Counted from the first letter of the stretch, positions 45,740 through 59,088 are shown. The stretch: 64,000 nt of DNA from Selaginella moellendorffii (GCF_000143415.4 NW_003314382.1:274210-338209), one strand, 5' to 3'. Numbers and translations: made by a program. The notes: generated by a model from the letters alone, not told the origin.

Positions 45740-48145
45740 CTATTCCAGTATAGGGTGGGCCGTGGACGATGGAAGGAATGGCTTGCATGTCATGAGCGCC
45801 GTGAGAAGCGCAAAGAAGTTGAGGAAAAAGAACACGAGGTGATCACCTGTATCATAGAAGATTAAAAATTATAGACTTCCCAGAGATCATTCTAATGTAA
45901 TCCTCTTACCTGGGAGAAGCCAAGTGTGTTGCCTTGTTTGGCACCACGCAAAGCTGAAATGCAAATCAAATTAGTCTCACGCGTGAAAGAGATTTTGCGC
46001 ATATAATACACTTACACTGAGCCACCACCCGCGGGGCCAATTGCCTTGAACAGTGACACAATGCTCAGAGAGAAACCATTGGCGGCGCCTCTTTGCGCTT
46101 GTTTCTGGACAAAGCTACTTGTTTAGTATGACTGAATGGGGCGGGATTTTCTGAGACAATCGGCTTACCACTGAATTGTTGATGAGTATGAAGGAGCCCG
46201 TGAATGTGGCTTGCTGGAATCGAGCAAAATCAGAAGTAAAATCCAGGAGGAGCTTAACTTACACCCAGAATCAACTTGGTGATCGACGCGATGAGAAGTA
46301 TCGCCCAGAGAGAGTTCCCGTGAAGTTTTGAGAAGAATGGATACGCCGTCAATATAGGAATTGCTACTAGCTGCAATGCAAGAGAATCTTTAGAGCGAAG
46401 AAAAAGGAACAAAAAAGTGGAGAGCTTACTGTTGGTACTCGTGTCAACCGGATTGGCCCGAGCCACTTTGCAAAGATAGGAAACAAAGTCAATTGGAACA
46501 AAAGCATAGACAAGCCTGTGAATAAAAAGAAAGAAGTAAACAATGACGATCCAGTCTAAGTGATAGAACGCACCGGATATTGCAAGAACTTCTCCAACAT
46601 TGGAGCTCGTGAAACCCAGTCCACCGTATGATCTTCCACTCACGGCCCACAGCGAGAAGATCTAAATATTCAGAGTGATTTTAGAAAATCTCTACGATTG
46701 TCGTGAAATGTACCTCGGTGTAAGCTATGTCGTGTAGAGACCAGAGACAGTAGACCATTGTGGAGGAAATAAATCCCCAGTTTCTAAAGATGGATTCGGA
46801 TTGCTTCTCCTTTGTATCACTCTCCACACTAATGGGATCCTTGCCTGTGTCCTCCTCATCAATTTCAAGGGAAGTGTGATCTTTATGAAGTGTTTCCTGA
46901 CCCCCAAACACAGCACAAAAGCTTTTCCGTGATCTTTTGTCCCAGAACTTGGGAAATTAAGCAACGTACCGGCAAGTAGAAGCACATAACCAGTGCTATC
47001 AATGCGAACACAAGGACGCCAAGTGCTTGCAACAAGTAAGGAAATCTCGCAAACAAGCTCCCGGATTTGAAGATGTTTGGATACTTGATCGCAGGCTGTA
47101 AGGACGAGAAAAAAAATTCACATGAGATCACGGAACTTGAGAAATTCGAGAAGTCAGTTGCCTGTGCTAGATAGCCACCCATAGCTGGTCCGATAATAAG
47201 GCCAAATCCCCACATCGTGCTAACCTGCACTAGAAACATAGAATTTCAAGGCTTTGAGAGCAAAAGTTTACGCACCATTGACATGCTTATCGTCTGATGT
47301 TGCTCGCTACAGATCTCGGAAGCGTATGCCTGTCGATAAGCACAAACGTACTTTGATTGCTTAGTCTTGAAACTTTGATAGCTCACCTTGACGGTTCCAA
47401 GCATTCCATTGAAACCTCCCAAGAGAAATCGCGTGAGCAGAGCCATCCACAAGCTCGTGCTAAGCCCAAACAAGGTGTTGAAAACCACCCTGCAAGGAGT
47501 TCAGTTATTCTTGGAAGAACTTATGTCGATCGATGCTACGCACACTGAGAGAATGCCGCAAACCATGACCTTCCTTCGACCATATCTGTCGGCTATGACG
47601 CCCCAGAGAACTCCAGTGAGCATTCGCCCAATCATCAAAGATGATCCTGGACAAGACAACAGAAAAAGAGTTAATAGATTGAGTGTGCAGGACAAGTTTT
47701 GGCATTGCTTCGTCTCCCAGATCTCCAACTCACCGATCCATCCAGCGTAATATCCAATGTCCTCTTTCCGCTTGGCAACGTGTAGATCCTCTATCTGCGA
47801 TGGAGAATCCATTAAAAAAAACTTACACAAGCGTGGCCGGTATAGTACACTACCATGAAGTAGAGGAAGGGGTAGACTACTGCGATTGGAAGCGCTGCCA
47901 TTGTTTCAAATCGAATCGAGAGAGAGAAGATTAGGTTGTGAATGGAGAGAGCTTGCTTAAATCTTACCATTGGCGAGGATCACAAATCCGAGGAGAACGA
48001 GGAGCTTGAAGGGAACTGGCGCGTTCTTGTCCCGGAGATGGGCGACTCGGCATCCCGGGCACTTGGGGTGGAGCGCGGATGCCCTGCCGCTGGAGCCTGG
48101 GCGATGCTGGTAGTGATCGAGGAGCGGCTGCTTCTCCTCCGTCAT
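45740..48145 (-). CDS. Zinc-induced facilitator-like MFS transporter (ZIFL), many short exons
   Basis: [113 protein letters not shown]; stop at 45740-45742. Confidence 0.92.
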
Positions 48146-48808
48146 AGCACCAAATCAAGAAAAACAACCAATCTGGATCCCTGAAGGAAAACTTTCAGCC
48201 ACGAGAAACTCGTGCAAGTTTGAGATTCGTACAGAACTAGAACGGAGGGGCTGCTTTGACGGGGCAAAGAATTGAGCTTGCAGTAGTAAATAGTTCGATC
48301 TTTTCTTCTACACTCAATATTGGAAGGCTAAGTTTTACATCCAAATGCTCGGTCGAATTGTCGTGTATTCATTCATGGCGATTTGTCCACTTTGGTTCCA
48401 CGGAAGGTTTTTCAACCATGTTTTTTCCGTGCGATGGTAGCCAGAGCTCTCAGAATAAATATTTTTCCCCAGAAAAAGAGGTAAATGTTCTCTCTCTTGA
48501 AATACTGTTTCTGTCATACGTAGAGTGCTTTCAGTCAGGAAAAAGGAAGCCAAAGGATTTTAGCCAAGCAGTTCTTTTAACTAAACAGATCATTTTCTTT
48601 AACTAGTACGACTTTGGGGATCTACAAAATCTCCCAAAGAATTAGAATTGATCTAACAAAGATGTTACGCCCGTCGAGCAAAACACTCTCGTGAAGCCTT
48701 TTACTCATTCAAGAGAGATTACAATAGAATAATAGACACAGTGTCCTCGTGCCTTAATATTTTAACTTTGCCTAGTCTAAGATATTCAGCTTACACGTTT
48801 GTGGCTAC

Positions 48809-48866
48809 AAATAAGACACCGGGCTTGAATTCCCAAAAATAAGACACCGGGCTTGAATTCCCAAAA
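48809..48866. repeat. Perfect 28-bp tandem duplication
   Basis: AAATAAGACACCGGGCTTGAATTCCCAA x2. Confidence 0.9.
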
Positions 48867-49220
48867 AAGTGTTGACTTGTAAAGCAAGATACCATCATGC
48901 CTTTCTTTATCTTGGTTGTCCATATCCTGGGTGCATATGAGATTAGTTTAACAAGATTATTAATTCATGATATAACAGTCATGCACTGAGATTCTTCATG
49001 AGTCAATTAAGAGATGCACTAGAATCAAATGCCCAAGTGTGTAAGTTTGAAAAATGTATTGAATATGAGAGTATATTCATTGAATAAAAGGAAGGTTTAA
49101 GTAATTTTTAATCAAATGGTGGTTTAAATTGTTATGCCCCAGTTCTTTAAGTATAGTGGGTATCCCTTTTAAAGCATAAATAATTGATTGAATAAACCTC
49201 TAGGCAATGTGCATAACCCC

Positions 49221-49525
49221 CAAAATGCCTATTAAATATTAATTTTAATATATGATGTGATTCATTTAGCTAATTAATAGAGTCAAACCCAGGACTTTTG
49301 TCAACACTTAAAATGCCTACTACATATCAATCTCAACATGTGGTATGATTCCCTTAGTTTATCAATAAAACCCAAAATATCTATTAAATATCAATCTCAA
49401 TATGACCCCATTAACACCCAAAATGCCTACTAGATATGAACATTAACAAATTCCCTTAGCCAATCAATAGAACTTAAAACGCTTATTAAATATCAATCTT
49501 AATATATAGTGTGATTTTTTTAGCC
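49221..49525. repeat. Degenerate ~50-90 bp tandem array
   Basis: About five copies of AAAATGCCTA(T/C)TA(A/C/G)ATATCAATCT(C/T)AA-like units. Confidence 0.6.
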
Positions 49526-49809
49526 CCCTTTAATACCAAATATAAACAAGAGAGTTTAGTAGTATTTAAACCCAAGAAAATTTAACCCTAAATATCCTAA
49601 GATATTTAACCAATTGGAAAAAACAAATGTGCACTTTTGTTATAAGCCCTTATCTTCTATATTTAAATCTTTATAAATCATTTATCAAGTAATGTTAATA
49701 TTATTGTAAAGATGAGTCAGTTGATCCTAGGAAATAGCAAGCTTTGATATAAAGAGGAGTAGCCATATTACTTCCTTATAGGTGAAGCATCTAAACTCTA
49801 TGGAAGATA

Positions 49810-50095
49810 CAAATTAGCACTTGGTTTGTCAAGTAATAGCATTACTATCTAGAAAATTGTTGCCTTAGCAATCTTTCCGGATGCAATATGTAAATTATGT
49901 TATTGTTGTTCCTCTTTGAGTGCATCACATATTTGAAAAAAAAAAAAAGATTCATATGCATACTTTGTAAGGACATGTGGATCTATTCAAAATGCTCAAT
50001 ATCTAAAATATCATTCAATAAAGTTGCTAAATTACTTCTTTATCCACACTAATGATGGCTTGCTTTATTACCATGAGGTGGACCTTTATATAGTT
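49810..50095 (+). mobile_element. Very eroded Ty3/gypsy RNase H-integrase linker remnant
   Basis: LA.WFVK**HYYLE resembles ARWVLKLQIYDF, and NDGLLYYHEVD resembles EDGLLYFVGTD, both from the element at 33959-37750. Confidence 0.35.
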
Positions 50096-50278
50096 AATGT
50101 CACTAATAATTTATCAACAGGTTCACAAGGATCCATCCATAAGAAACCCCCTTTTAGGGTCATGATATGCTCCTTTGTTTATGCTCCATGAATTTGTGAT
50201 AAAGCAATCCAATTTTAGTTGGAAGTCTTAGTATAATCAAAAAGATAAATATGCTACTCACCAAAGGGGTGGTCCAAA

Positions 50279-50385
50279 GTTGAGTTGAGCTCAATTCAAC
50301 AAAAGTCAATGTAAATTAATACAATTAACTAGATGTTTTATAAGCGATAGTCCAAAGTGATCTCACAAATTGAGCTCAACTCAAC
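50279..50385. repeat. Perfect 18-bp inverted repeat with 71-bp spacer
   Basis: GTTGAGTTGAGCTCAATT (50279-50296) and AATTGAGCTCAACTCAAC (50368-50385). Confidence 0.85.
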
Positions 50386-51435
50386 ATAGTCAATTGAAAT
50401 TTTTATAAAGGAAATAAATTGAAGAAATGAATGTTTTAATGAACTTTAATATATTGAAACATGTAATACCTGGGTCAAAAAGATTCTACTAGATTGAGTC
50501 TTTTAAAAAAGATAAAGTTAATAAGAACATATCGTTTCTAAGACTATATTTTTTTACTATTGACTACTATTACAGTTGTTATATTTTGATTTAAATACTT
50601 TATATTTTAACTAAGTTTATAGCTGCCATATATTTACATACTAATCCTTCATTTAAAGTTTTTTTAGGATTTTTGAGAAGATAGGAAGCAAGGAAAACAA
50701 AAAAAATTGTAAATAAGAGTTATAATGTAAAGAAATGTGAAAATATTAATTTTGTTTTACTATCATAATTTTCATATTACACTTTTAGTCTTTGTTACCC
50801 ATTGAGGAATGTAAAAACCACTATCACCATTGATAAAAATGATTATATTACTTCCAAAACAATAGTATAAAGCAAAAGAAATGAAGAAATAAACAACACA
50901 ATAAAGAGCACTAACAAATTTCCCCAAGTTCTCCCAATATTCCCCAAGTTCTACCAACATTCCACCTTCAACTTCACATAATAATTATCTTTTTACTAAA
51001 GGTGTTAGTGAAGTTGAAATAAAGCTTTCTATATATGAAATTCTAAATCTTTCTACTAGAGAGGGATTGCCTTTAGCATTGCAAGAGCAGTGCCACATGT
51101 TTCTGCAAGATCTTACTTTTAATATAGCAAGACTACTTGAAAGCATAAAACACTACTATACTTAGTACTTAATATGTTACTCTTTTTTAGATAAAACAAA
51201 TAGTTCTATGGGTCTATAAACTTTTCTTGAGCACTATAGCAATTGTATAAAGATAGGTTTAGAAAATGTGTATATATCAATTCCAGAATAAGTTACAGAC
51301 ACATACCCACTATTGCTTTATGATGAAGGACAACATTCCTTTGGGAAACACTATATTGGCTAGTGAAAAATATAAAGTTTTTAGGCCATCCTATAGTGAA
51401 TGTAAGATCTAGGATTTTTTTACTATAGTATTGTA

Positions 51436-51440
<5 letters not shown>

Positions 51441-51476
<36 letters not shown>
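51441..51476. repeat. (AT)n microsatellite
   Basis: About 18 AT units. Confidence 0.95.
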
Positions 51477-51479
<3 letters not shown>

Positions 51480-51932
51480 ATTAATTATAGGTAATATATC
51501 TTATTCTAGAGTGGAATATCCACTACAACAAACAAGGTATTAGAAGTGTAGTGTTTAGTTTAGGAATGACTAGAAAGAAAAAAATGTGTAAACTCTTTTG
51601 TCAAACTTCAAATCAACACAATAGTTATCTTGGTTTAGTGGGAACAAGTAAAGTCATTGAGAGGTTGATTTTAAAGTGCCCAATATGCCTTTTTGTCTTG
51701 GGTCAAAAATTCATTTCTATAGGTTTGAATAATTTTCTTGAGCACTACCACAAAAACAATATTATCACTTTATATATAATTGTTTATAAGTGTAAAGATC
51801 CAAATAAATCCTATAAGCTGTACTAGATTGAATCATGAGACATAGAAGGAAAGAGAGAATAAGAGGAAGAAAGAAAGAAGAAGAGAAAGAACTATGATAA
51901 AAACTTTAGATTCCATTGGATGCTTCCTTCCA

Positions 51933-52018
51933 ATTGAGGTTGCCATGTACGATGAGGTGACTATGTATAGCAGGGTTTTGCTATACATAGTCACCTCATC
52001 GTACATGGCAACCTCAAT
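51933..52018. repeat. Perfect 40-bp inverted repeat with 6-nt loop (hairpin, candidate small-RNA precursor)
   Basis: ATTGAGGTTGCCATGTACGATGAGGTGACTATGTATAGCA-GGGTTT-TGCTATACATAGTCACCTCATCGTACATGGCAACCTCAAT. Confidence 0.95.
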
Positions 52019-53152
52019 CTTTGTCTTTATTTTGTCTCTACAGATCACCTCCTAGAAAAAAGGTTCAACTTATCCCTCAGCTTTTATTGGTAAAATTGGA
52101 GTCCATTGGAAGGTCTTACATAAAAACTCAAGTTAATCCTAAGTGATCCATTGTGGTAGAGTTGGTTCCAACCCAATGAACTCAAAAATGAAGAACTCAT
52201 TATTGATGCAAGTTGTGATAAACCACCTTGACCACACGATTTGGTTGAAGCAGAGTTTGATGCTCACAAACTTGCTAAGGGAGAGGAATACTAAATGAAG
52301 TAGCAACTGTTGGGGGTCTTATATGGAGTTTTAATTCTAAACATGGAAGACATCATGAACACGAGATGATGCTAGCAACTACAACCTATAGGCCATCTCA
52401 TTCACACACTCCATAATCTCAAAAGGCTTTAAGAACTTTGGATGGAGCTTAGAAAGAGTGGTAGTGTTGAGAAAGAAACCTTTTAATAGTGGGGAGAACA
52501 CTCTCTTGTACTTTGAAATCTTGCTTAAACATATTTCTTGTGTGAACTCCCTACCCTTAGAAAATGGGGAAGAAAGGAAATATACCTCTACACTTTAGCA
52601 TCTCTTCACACCTTAGAATATTCCAATAGTAGAATATTGTAGGAAATCTTTCTCAACTCTAAGCCATCTCCTAACAGGCAACAACAAAGGAACGTACTAG
52701 TTCTGTTATGTGTGAAAGCCCACAATCAAAGTGCTGTAAAATAGACCCCAAAGTGATGCTCTATATTGGCAACTATTGCAAGGAGACAAAGAAAGGAGAA
52801 GAAAAAGAGAAAAACAAAGGAAAAATAGAAAACAGAAAATAGAGATATAAAACCAAGTAGGAGAACCACGTACTTGGACCCCAACTTAAGGCCTCCTCAC
52901 ATCTGGAAAGTGCTGCAAATATCGCTTAGTTACTCTTAAAGTTCCAAGGGAATAAAGTAATGTATTGCTTGGGAATGGTAATTGCAAGAATGATAGAAAA
53001 CAATAGTTTATCAAATGAATAGTGGAAGGTAGTGATGGCTGGTTGTAATGGAGTGATAGTGTAGGGGATTTGGCAGTCTATGAATATGGTCAAAGTGGTT
53101 GGTAGCATGTATACTTGTCACGGAAGAAGAAAAGGCTTGCATTCTTTACAAG

Positions 53153-53328
53153 TGTAGCGCATGTGATCATAGGATGAGATTTAGATATACTGTCACCGTG
53201 GATCCTTGGAACCTTGGGGGATAAATAGGGATAAAATAGCCACTAAGGGCTTTCTCATCAAGCAATTGCCCCTTTTCCAGTTGGCTTAAGGGGAGAGAGA
53301 TAAGGTGCGCTACAGTTGGTATCGGAGC
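53153..53328 (+). mobile_element. Short (162 bp) LTR followed by tRNA-iMet primer binding site
   Basis: Termini TGTAGCGCA...TGCGCTACA (53153-53314), then GT and TGGTATCGGAGC (53317-53328), one mismatch from the canonical TGGTATCAGAGC. Confidence 0.75.
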
Positions 53329-53471
53329 AAATGGTACGGGTTCGATTCCCATTAATTAGTGGCTACTTAAAAGTATAATATACCCTTGAGCAAGGTATAT
53401 TCCTACCCCTAAATTTGAAATCGTATGTATTGGGCATCCATGCGTACGTCCTTCCTCTTGTGTGGAGCATC

Positions 53472-53567
53472 CACGGATGAAGGTATCCACCGTGGGACTG
53501 CGGTACGGGTGGATGACTAGCACGGACGAAGGTATCCACCATGGGACTGCGGTACGGGTGGATGACT
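53472..53567 (+). repeat. 49-bp tandem repeat (x2) with an inverted third copy at 59124-59172
   Basis: CACGGAYGAAGGTATCCACCRTGGGACTGCGGTACGGGTGGATGACT. Confidence 0.9.
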
Positions 53568-54711
53568 GAGATTATTTCAAGCCATAACTTTTTCTTTGGA
53601 CCATCTCCAGCACTCCACTATAGTCCAAAACACTCTAACACAGTAGATAAACAAGGTGTATATAAGCTAAAAGCTTGCAAATTATCTACCACCAAAGGTG
53701 GTGAAAGCAACACCTTTTCACCAACCCGAATCTTTTTAGAAGCTTCTCCAAACTTGGCACATTACACTAGACTTCCCCAGCCATAGGATACTAGTTGTGG
53801 CATCACTCACAATGATCATGGCATCTTCTATAGTCACTAACACTTCATTTGACCACCAAATTCTTGTGAGTGCTTTCAACTGCGTTCACTACTTTAGAGA
53901 CTTTTTCTTCCATGCTTTAGGGGCTCCATAAGTTACCACACACAGTGGAGCTCCAGATTTCATCATTGCAGCACTGCTCCTCACTTTGGGCCTACATGAC
54001 ATCACACATAAGAGGGCAATATAGCTAGCTTTTGCAACATCTCTGACCTCCTTCAAGACTCTTTATAACCTTTTGGGATAATCTCAGTCATTGGGAGAAA
54101 GTTCTCCAAACTTTTTATGTTGTGAGATCTTTCTTTGTCTTCCTCTTTGTTTCTTTTTCCATCTTTCTTTCACTTTTTATATTTTGTTTCAGATGGTGTT
54201 CCTAGAATAGAGTAAGCATGAGTTTGGACTTTCACCTTGAGGCAGCATCAACTCCTCTTGTTTAGGAGCTTTGCAACTCAAAGTTCCTGGTTTTCTTCAC
54301 TTTATTTCACTTTTATTATCATCAATATCGCTGTCCACTACTCACAGTCACAATCCATTTATTTTGCTACTCACTACACCATTGTTTACCACTCACTACA
54401 GTTGCCCTATTCATATTTCTTCACTTTCCTCACCATGCACAAATGTTCTTAGGGATCCTATTATATCACCATATTCATCATAATCATATGTAGTAGATGC
54501 ATCAAGATGCCAAAATTTGACATGCCAAACTCAAGATATGATGTAAACTATCTGCAGCAAGTACAAGAAAATCCAAGACAGTTAGTAGCTGATTTGTGAG
54601 AGCCGGTTGGACCTAATACACACAAGAGACCAGGTATTACTTTGGGCTGATGTTTTACCTAATCCTTCATTCCTACAGTAGTAGAAAAAAATGATCCCAG
54701 TAGATGCTTGT

Positions 54712-55060
54712 TGTAGCGCACCTGAATTTGGAGCCGAACTCCAAGCCCGTTGCGTTACGAAACGAGGGTCCGGTACAATCCCACGAGCACTAGCTCCCCG
54801 TATCCAACACCTGCATGCAAAATGGTGTCAGACAGAGTCTGGCACGATTTTGGCATACCGGTGGCCTAACGCAAGAAGGAGGGAACTCCACCGACTAGAG
54901 CAGCGTGGAGCTTGGGCTTAGACCCAAGCCGGACGCAGAACAAGGAGCGACACAGCCTAGCGGGAGCCAAACTAATGTCTCAGATGGTCGGACATGCATT
55001 CCAACCACTATCCCTACTATACATATTGGAACCCCCCACAGCCCCCCCCCCCCCCCCCTT
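54712..55060 (-). repeat. Putative 3' LTR (54712-55040) and polypurine tract (55042-55060) of the chromovirus
   Basis: Minus strand reads AA(G)17C then TGTGGGGGG...AGGTGCGCTACA. Confidence 0.65.
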
Positions 55061-58000
55061 GAGGGACACACGCTTTGGGCTTTCACCCTAAGCCTCCCTT
55101 AGTACCCGGAGTTAGTCTCTGGGACAAGTCTGAAACTTACTAAATATGGAATGTCCTTAGATTGCGAATTTGGACATGGGACGGACACCATTGTGTTCAG
55201 GCCGATCTCTACATTCCGTAGATATGCTAAATGAGCTAATCTAAACACTTTCCATAAATAGCATTTGGGACCGAAATGAGACCAACACAAAGGGCGTGAT
55301 AGCGAGGGTGTTTGGCAGACACGGTAAGCTATCATCCGGCGACATTGAGGGACTAGTCTCAATACGCGAGGGTTCTTGCCAAGCCAGTGCAAGACAGAGC
55401 AAAAGAGAACTAACAAGCCGGGCCAAGTATGCTTGGCTAAATAGACACTTAGGAATTCCTTCCTTATGCTCATCCGGCCAAGTACAGATGCCAAGTCCAG
55501 TTTACTAACACTTGGACAAGAGGGGCCAATAAAGGGAACCAGCAGTACCGACCTCCTGCCGTCATGGCAATAAGGAAAGAGTGCCCGTAAGGACTGGTTG
55601 ACAAGTATCTTTCGATACCCGAAGTCACATTCGCGACACTCTCCCCCCCTTGGGGAAGATCGACGTCCTCGTCGATGTATACCCGAGTCTAGCAAACCGT
55701 CAAGGAAACAACTCCAAAAGTTAATGGAAAGCACACTATGTGGGAAACACACCGACTTAAATGAGTTATGGAACGACCTCTCCTCTACGTCCAAAGACGT
55801 TAAGACTCAGACACCCTCCGGCCGTCGCCGACAAGGAAATGACGAACAGAGTTAGCCACCCTTGCTGCTTCGAGTACCACTCAGCTTACAAAGGAATGAT
55901 ACATCCCTGCCCGCAGGGACATAGGGAGAAGGCCAAAGGCCCAACTGCCCCTGAGCAAGAAATCAACCCCGTCGGGAAGATTTAGACAACTATTATAAAC
56001 TGGCAGATTAAGTTGTTTACACGACCACACCCCTTTTCGAAAATGAGGCATCGAGAGAGAGGCGGGGGCTTGTGATCAGTCTATAATAGTTATCCCCATG
56101 GTTATGGATTGGACCCATGCACCGAAGTGCCGAAGTCAGCCTGCCAAAACTGACCCAAGGACGAATGAACGAGAGAAACGACATTTTGATTTATAGAAAT
56201 ATATTACTTTATTAATTTGCAAGATTGATTACAAGATTTACAAAAGCTAATCTTTATTATGATTCTCATACTCCGTGATAAGCTCACGAGCATGTGTAAG
56301 ATTACTAAGAGGCTCCCAAGTTGATTCACAAGATGGGTAACCTTTCCACTTAACTAGATACTCTCGACGTTTGGCACGCTTAAGCCAGCGTGTACCCAAA
56401 ATAGCTTCTACTTCATATTCAGGTTCACCATCCACAACTTCTGGTGGTGGACGAATCTCCGCTTGATGTGCATCATCCATAGTGTATGGAGCCAAGAGAT
56501 TGGCATGAAATACATTATGAATACTGGACATCTCCACAGGAAGATCCAACTGAGAGGATACATTACCAATGCGCCGCAACACCCGATAGGGTCCAACATA
56601 TCTCGGCAAGAGCTTCCGAGACAGAGAACCCTTAATGTTTAAGTTCCGGGAAGATAGCCACACCTGATCTCCCACTTGATAGGATACATGCCGACAATGC
56701 TGATCCTTATCACGTCGATACCTATCCTGAGCTTTGCCCATCACCTCAGTAGCTCTAGACCAACCTCAGCGTAGCTGCTCCGCATAAGTCTCAACGGCTA
56801 GGACCAACACTTCGGTCATTGGTTTCGGTAGGACAATCTGTTGAGGAACCCCACGAGCATTCCCTTGCAGCATCTCCCATGGAGAACAGCCTATAGCACT
56901 GTGAAATGTGTTGTTATAACATATTTCTGCTGTATCCAAATGCTCAACCTAGTCGTGTTGGTCCGCCGCGACATAGTACCGCAGATAATCCTCAACTTGA
57001 GCATTCACGTGTTCGGTCTGCCCATCAGTTTGAGGATGATAAGCTATACTAAACTTCAACTTGGTACCGAACAACTGGAACAGTGTGCCCCAAAACTTCC
57101 CCGTAAACCTCGAATCTCTATCCGAGATCATCTCTTCAGGAAGACCACGAACTCGCACTACTTCATGGAAAAAGAGCTTTGCTGCTTGTTTCGCATTCAC
57201 TGTTCCCATAGTTGGAATGAAGTGTGCAATCTTCGACAACCGATCCACAACCACCATCAAAGTATCATAACCCTTAGACTTCGGCAAGCAAGTGACGAAA
57301 TCAAATGTCACACTTTGAAATGGCCATGCCGGTGCTGGAATGCACTGCAACTTTCCAGCCTGCTTCTCAGCTTTGCGCTTACATTGCTGGCATATAGGGC
57401 AGGAACGGACATAGTCCGCTACATCACCTTCTATACCAGACCAGAAAAATCCTTTTTTCAACAAAGCCAGAGTCTTTCGTTGTCCACCATGTCCCGCTGC
57501 TGGAACATCATGATGTTCCCGCAAAAATAACTGCTGAAGATCCTTAGAGGGAAGATACAATCTTTCTTGCTTATAGAATATAAGCCCGTCTCGAACTGAG
57601 AAGTGAAGCTTTGCATTAGTGCAACTAGCAACTTTTGCTGCTTCACTACCAGGGCTCTGCTTCAACAACCCCGCACGGCATAAGATTGCCTTCGCCAATG
57701 GATCACTTCCATACGAAGCCCGAACGTCCTTCAACCAATCTGGACTGATTGCCGATATTGCCCGGAATTGAGCTTGACGACTCAACGCATCCGGAACAAT
57801 ATTGTCTTTACCAGGTTTATATATGATTTCAATATCATATCTGGCAAGCTTCTCTTGCCAAGCTTAGGCTGCGTAGCAAAGTAGCTTAGTGTGTTACTAT
57901 CCATATAAACCTTGGTATGTCCACCCAAGCAGTGTCTCCAGTGTTCCAAGGCCGACACTATAGCAAACATCTCTTTCTCATGCGTTGGCCATCTTCGTTG

Positions 58001-59008
58001 GGTTTCATCCAATTTCTTGGAATAGAACGCAACGGGACAACCATGTCGCCTTAGCGTAACACCAACCGCTTTGTCACAATCTTGCTGTAACACGGCACCA
58101 ATAGCATAACCAGATGCATCACAATGCACTTCGAAGGGTTTATCAAGATCTGGGATCCTGAGAACAGGAACCGTAGTCAAGATCTCCTTCAACCGTACAA
58201 AAGCACGCTGACAAGCTGGTGTCCAATGAAACGGAATATTACTCTTTGTCAACTCAGTCAACGGAAGAGCAATTCTTGCAAAATTGTGGACAAACTTGCG
58301 ATAGTATCCCGCCAAACTGAGAAAGGAACGAACATCTGATATAATGGTTGGGACTTCCCAGGACTTCACCGCTTCCACCTTCTTTGGATCAACTTTAATC
58401 ACGCCACCACCAACTATATGTCCAAGAAAGTTTACATGCAATTGACCAAAAGCGCATTTACTTTCCTTAGCATACAGTTTGTGTTCGCGCAACTTCTGAA
58501 ACACCAGCTCCAAGTGTTTCAAATGATCCTCCAACATTTTGCTGAAGACTAGAACATTGTCAATATATAGGACAACAAATGTGTCCAGATAATCTCCAAA
58601 TATTCTATCCATCATAGTGTTGAACGTTGCCGAAGCATTGCATAACCCGAACGGCATGACAAGGAACTCATAAGATCCGTACCGAGTCTTAAAGGCTGTC
58701 TTTTCCACATCCTGATCTGCCACCCGTATCTGATGATACCCGAACCACAAATCAAGTTGCGTAAAATACTTAGCCTTTAAGAGTTGGTCGAACAAGTCAT
58801 CAATGCGAGGCAAAGGATAACTGTTCTTGACCGTGATCTTGTTGAGTGCCCGATAGTCAATACACATCCTTATGGTTCCATCCTTTTTTATAACGAAAAG
58901 GACCGGTGCTCCATAAGGTGACTTGCTTGGTTGGATATGACCTTTGTCAAGAAGCTCCGTGAGTTGCTTCTTGAGTTCAACCATCTCCTTAATGTTCAAC
59001 CGGGCCAA
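54712..59008 (-). mobile_element. Chromovirus (Ty3/gypsy), 5'-truncated: RT, RNase H, integrase, chromodomain, PPT, 3' LTR
   Basis: [27 protein letters not shown] (YxDD degenerate), [45 protein letters not shown], chromodomain YEVEAIL..EYLVKWKGY..STWEP; frameshifts. Confidence 0.93.
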
Positions 59009-59020
59009 GGGGAACCAGCA

Positions 59021-59088
59021 CCTCCATTTCCAGACTCAATCTACCAATCCTGGTTCCCCTCCATTTCCGGACTCAATCTACCAATCCT
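59021..59088. repeat. 37-bp-period tandem duplication at the pol truncation point
   Basis: CCTCCATTTCC(A/G)GACTCAATCTACCAATCCT x2. Confidence 0.85.

Noticed and set aside
53335-53352. GGTTCGATTCCC B-box suggesting a tRNA or SINE
   Set aside because: No cloverleaf or A-box; it directly follows a retroelement PBS, where tRNA-like sequence is common.
53472-53567. Direct repeats as a CRISPR-like array (also 48809-48866)
   Set aside because: Head-to-tail repeats without unique spacers, eukaryotic context, no cas genes.
53570-53760. Possible LINE reverse-transcriptase remnant on the minus strand (VVDNLQAF..TVLECFG)
   Set aside because: Only one weak motif; cannot be supported without a search.
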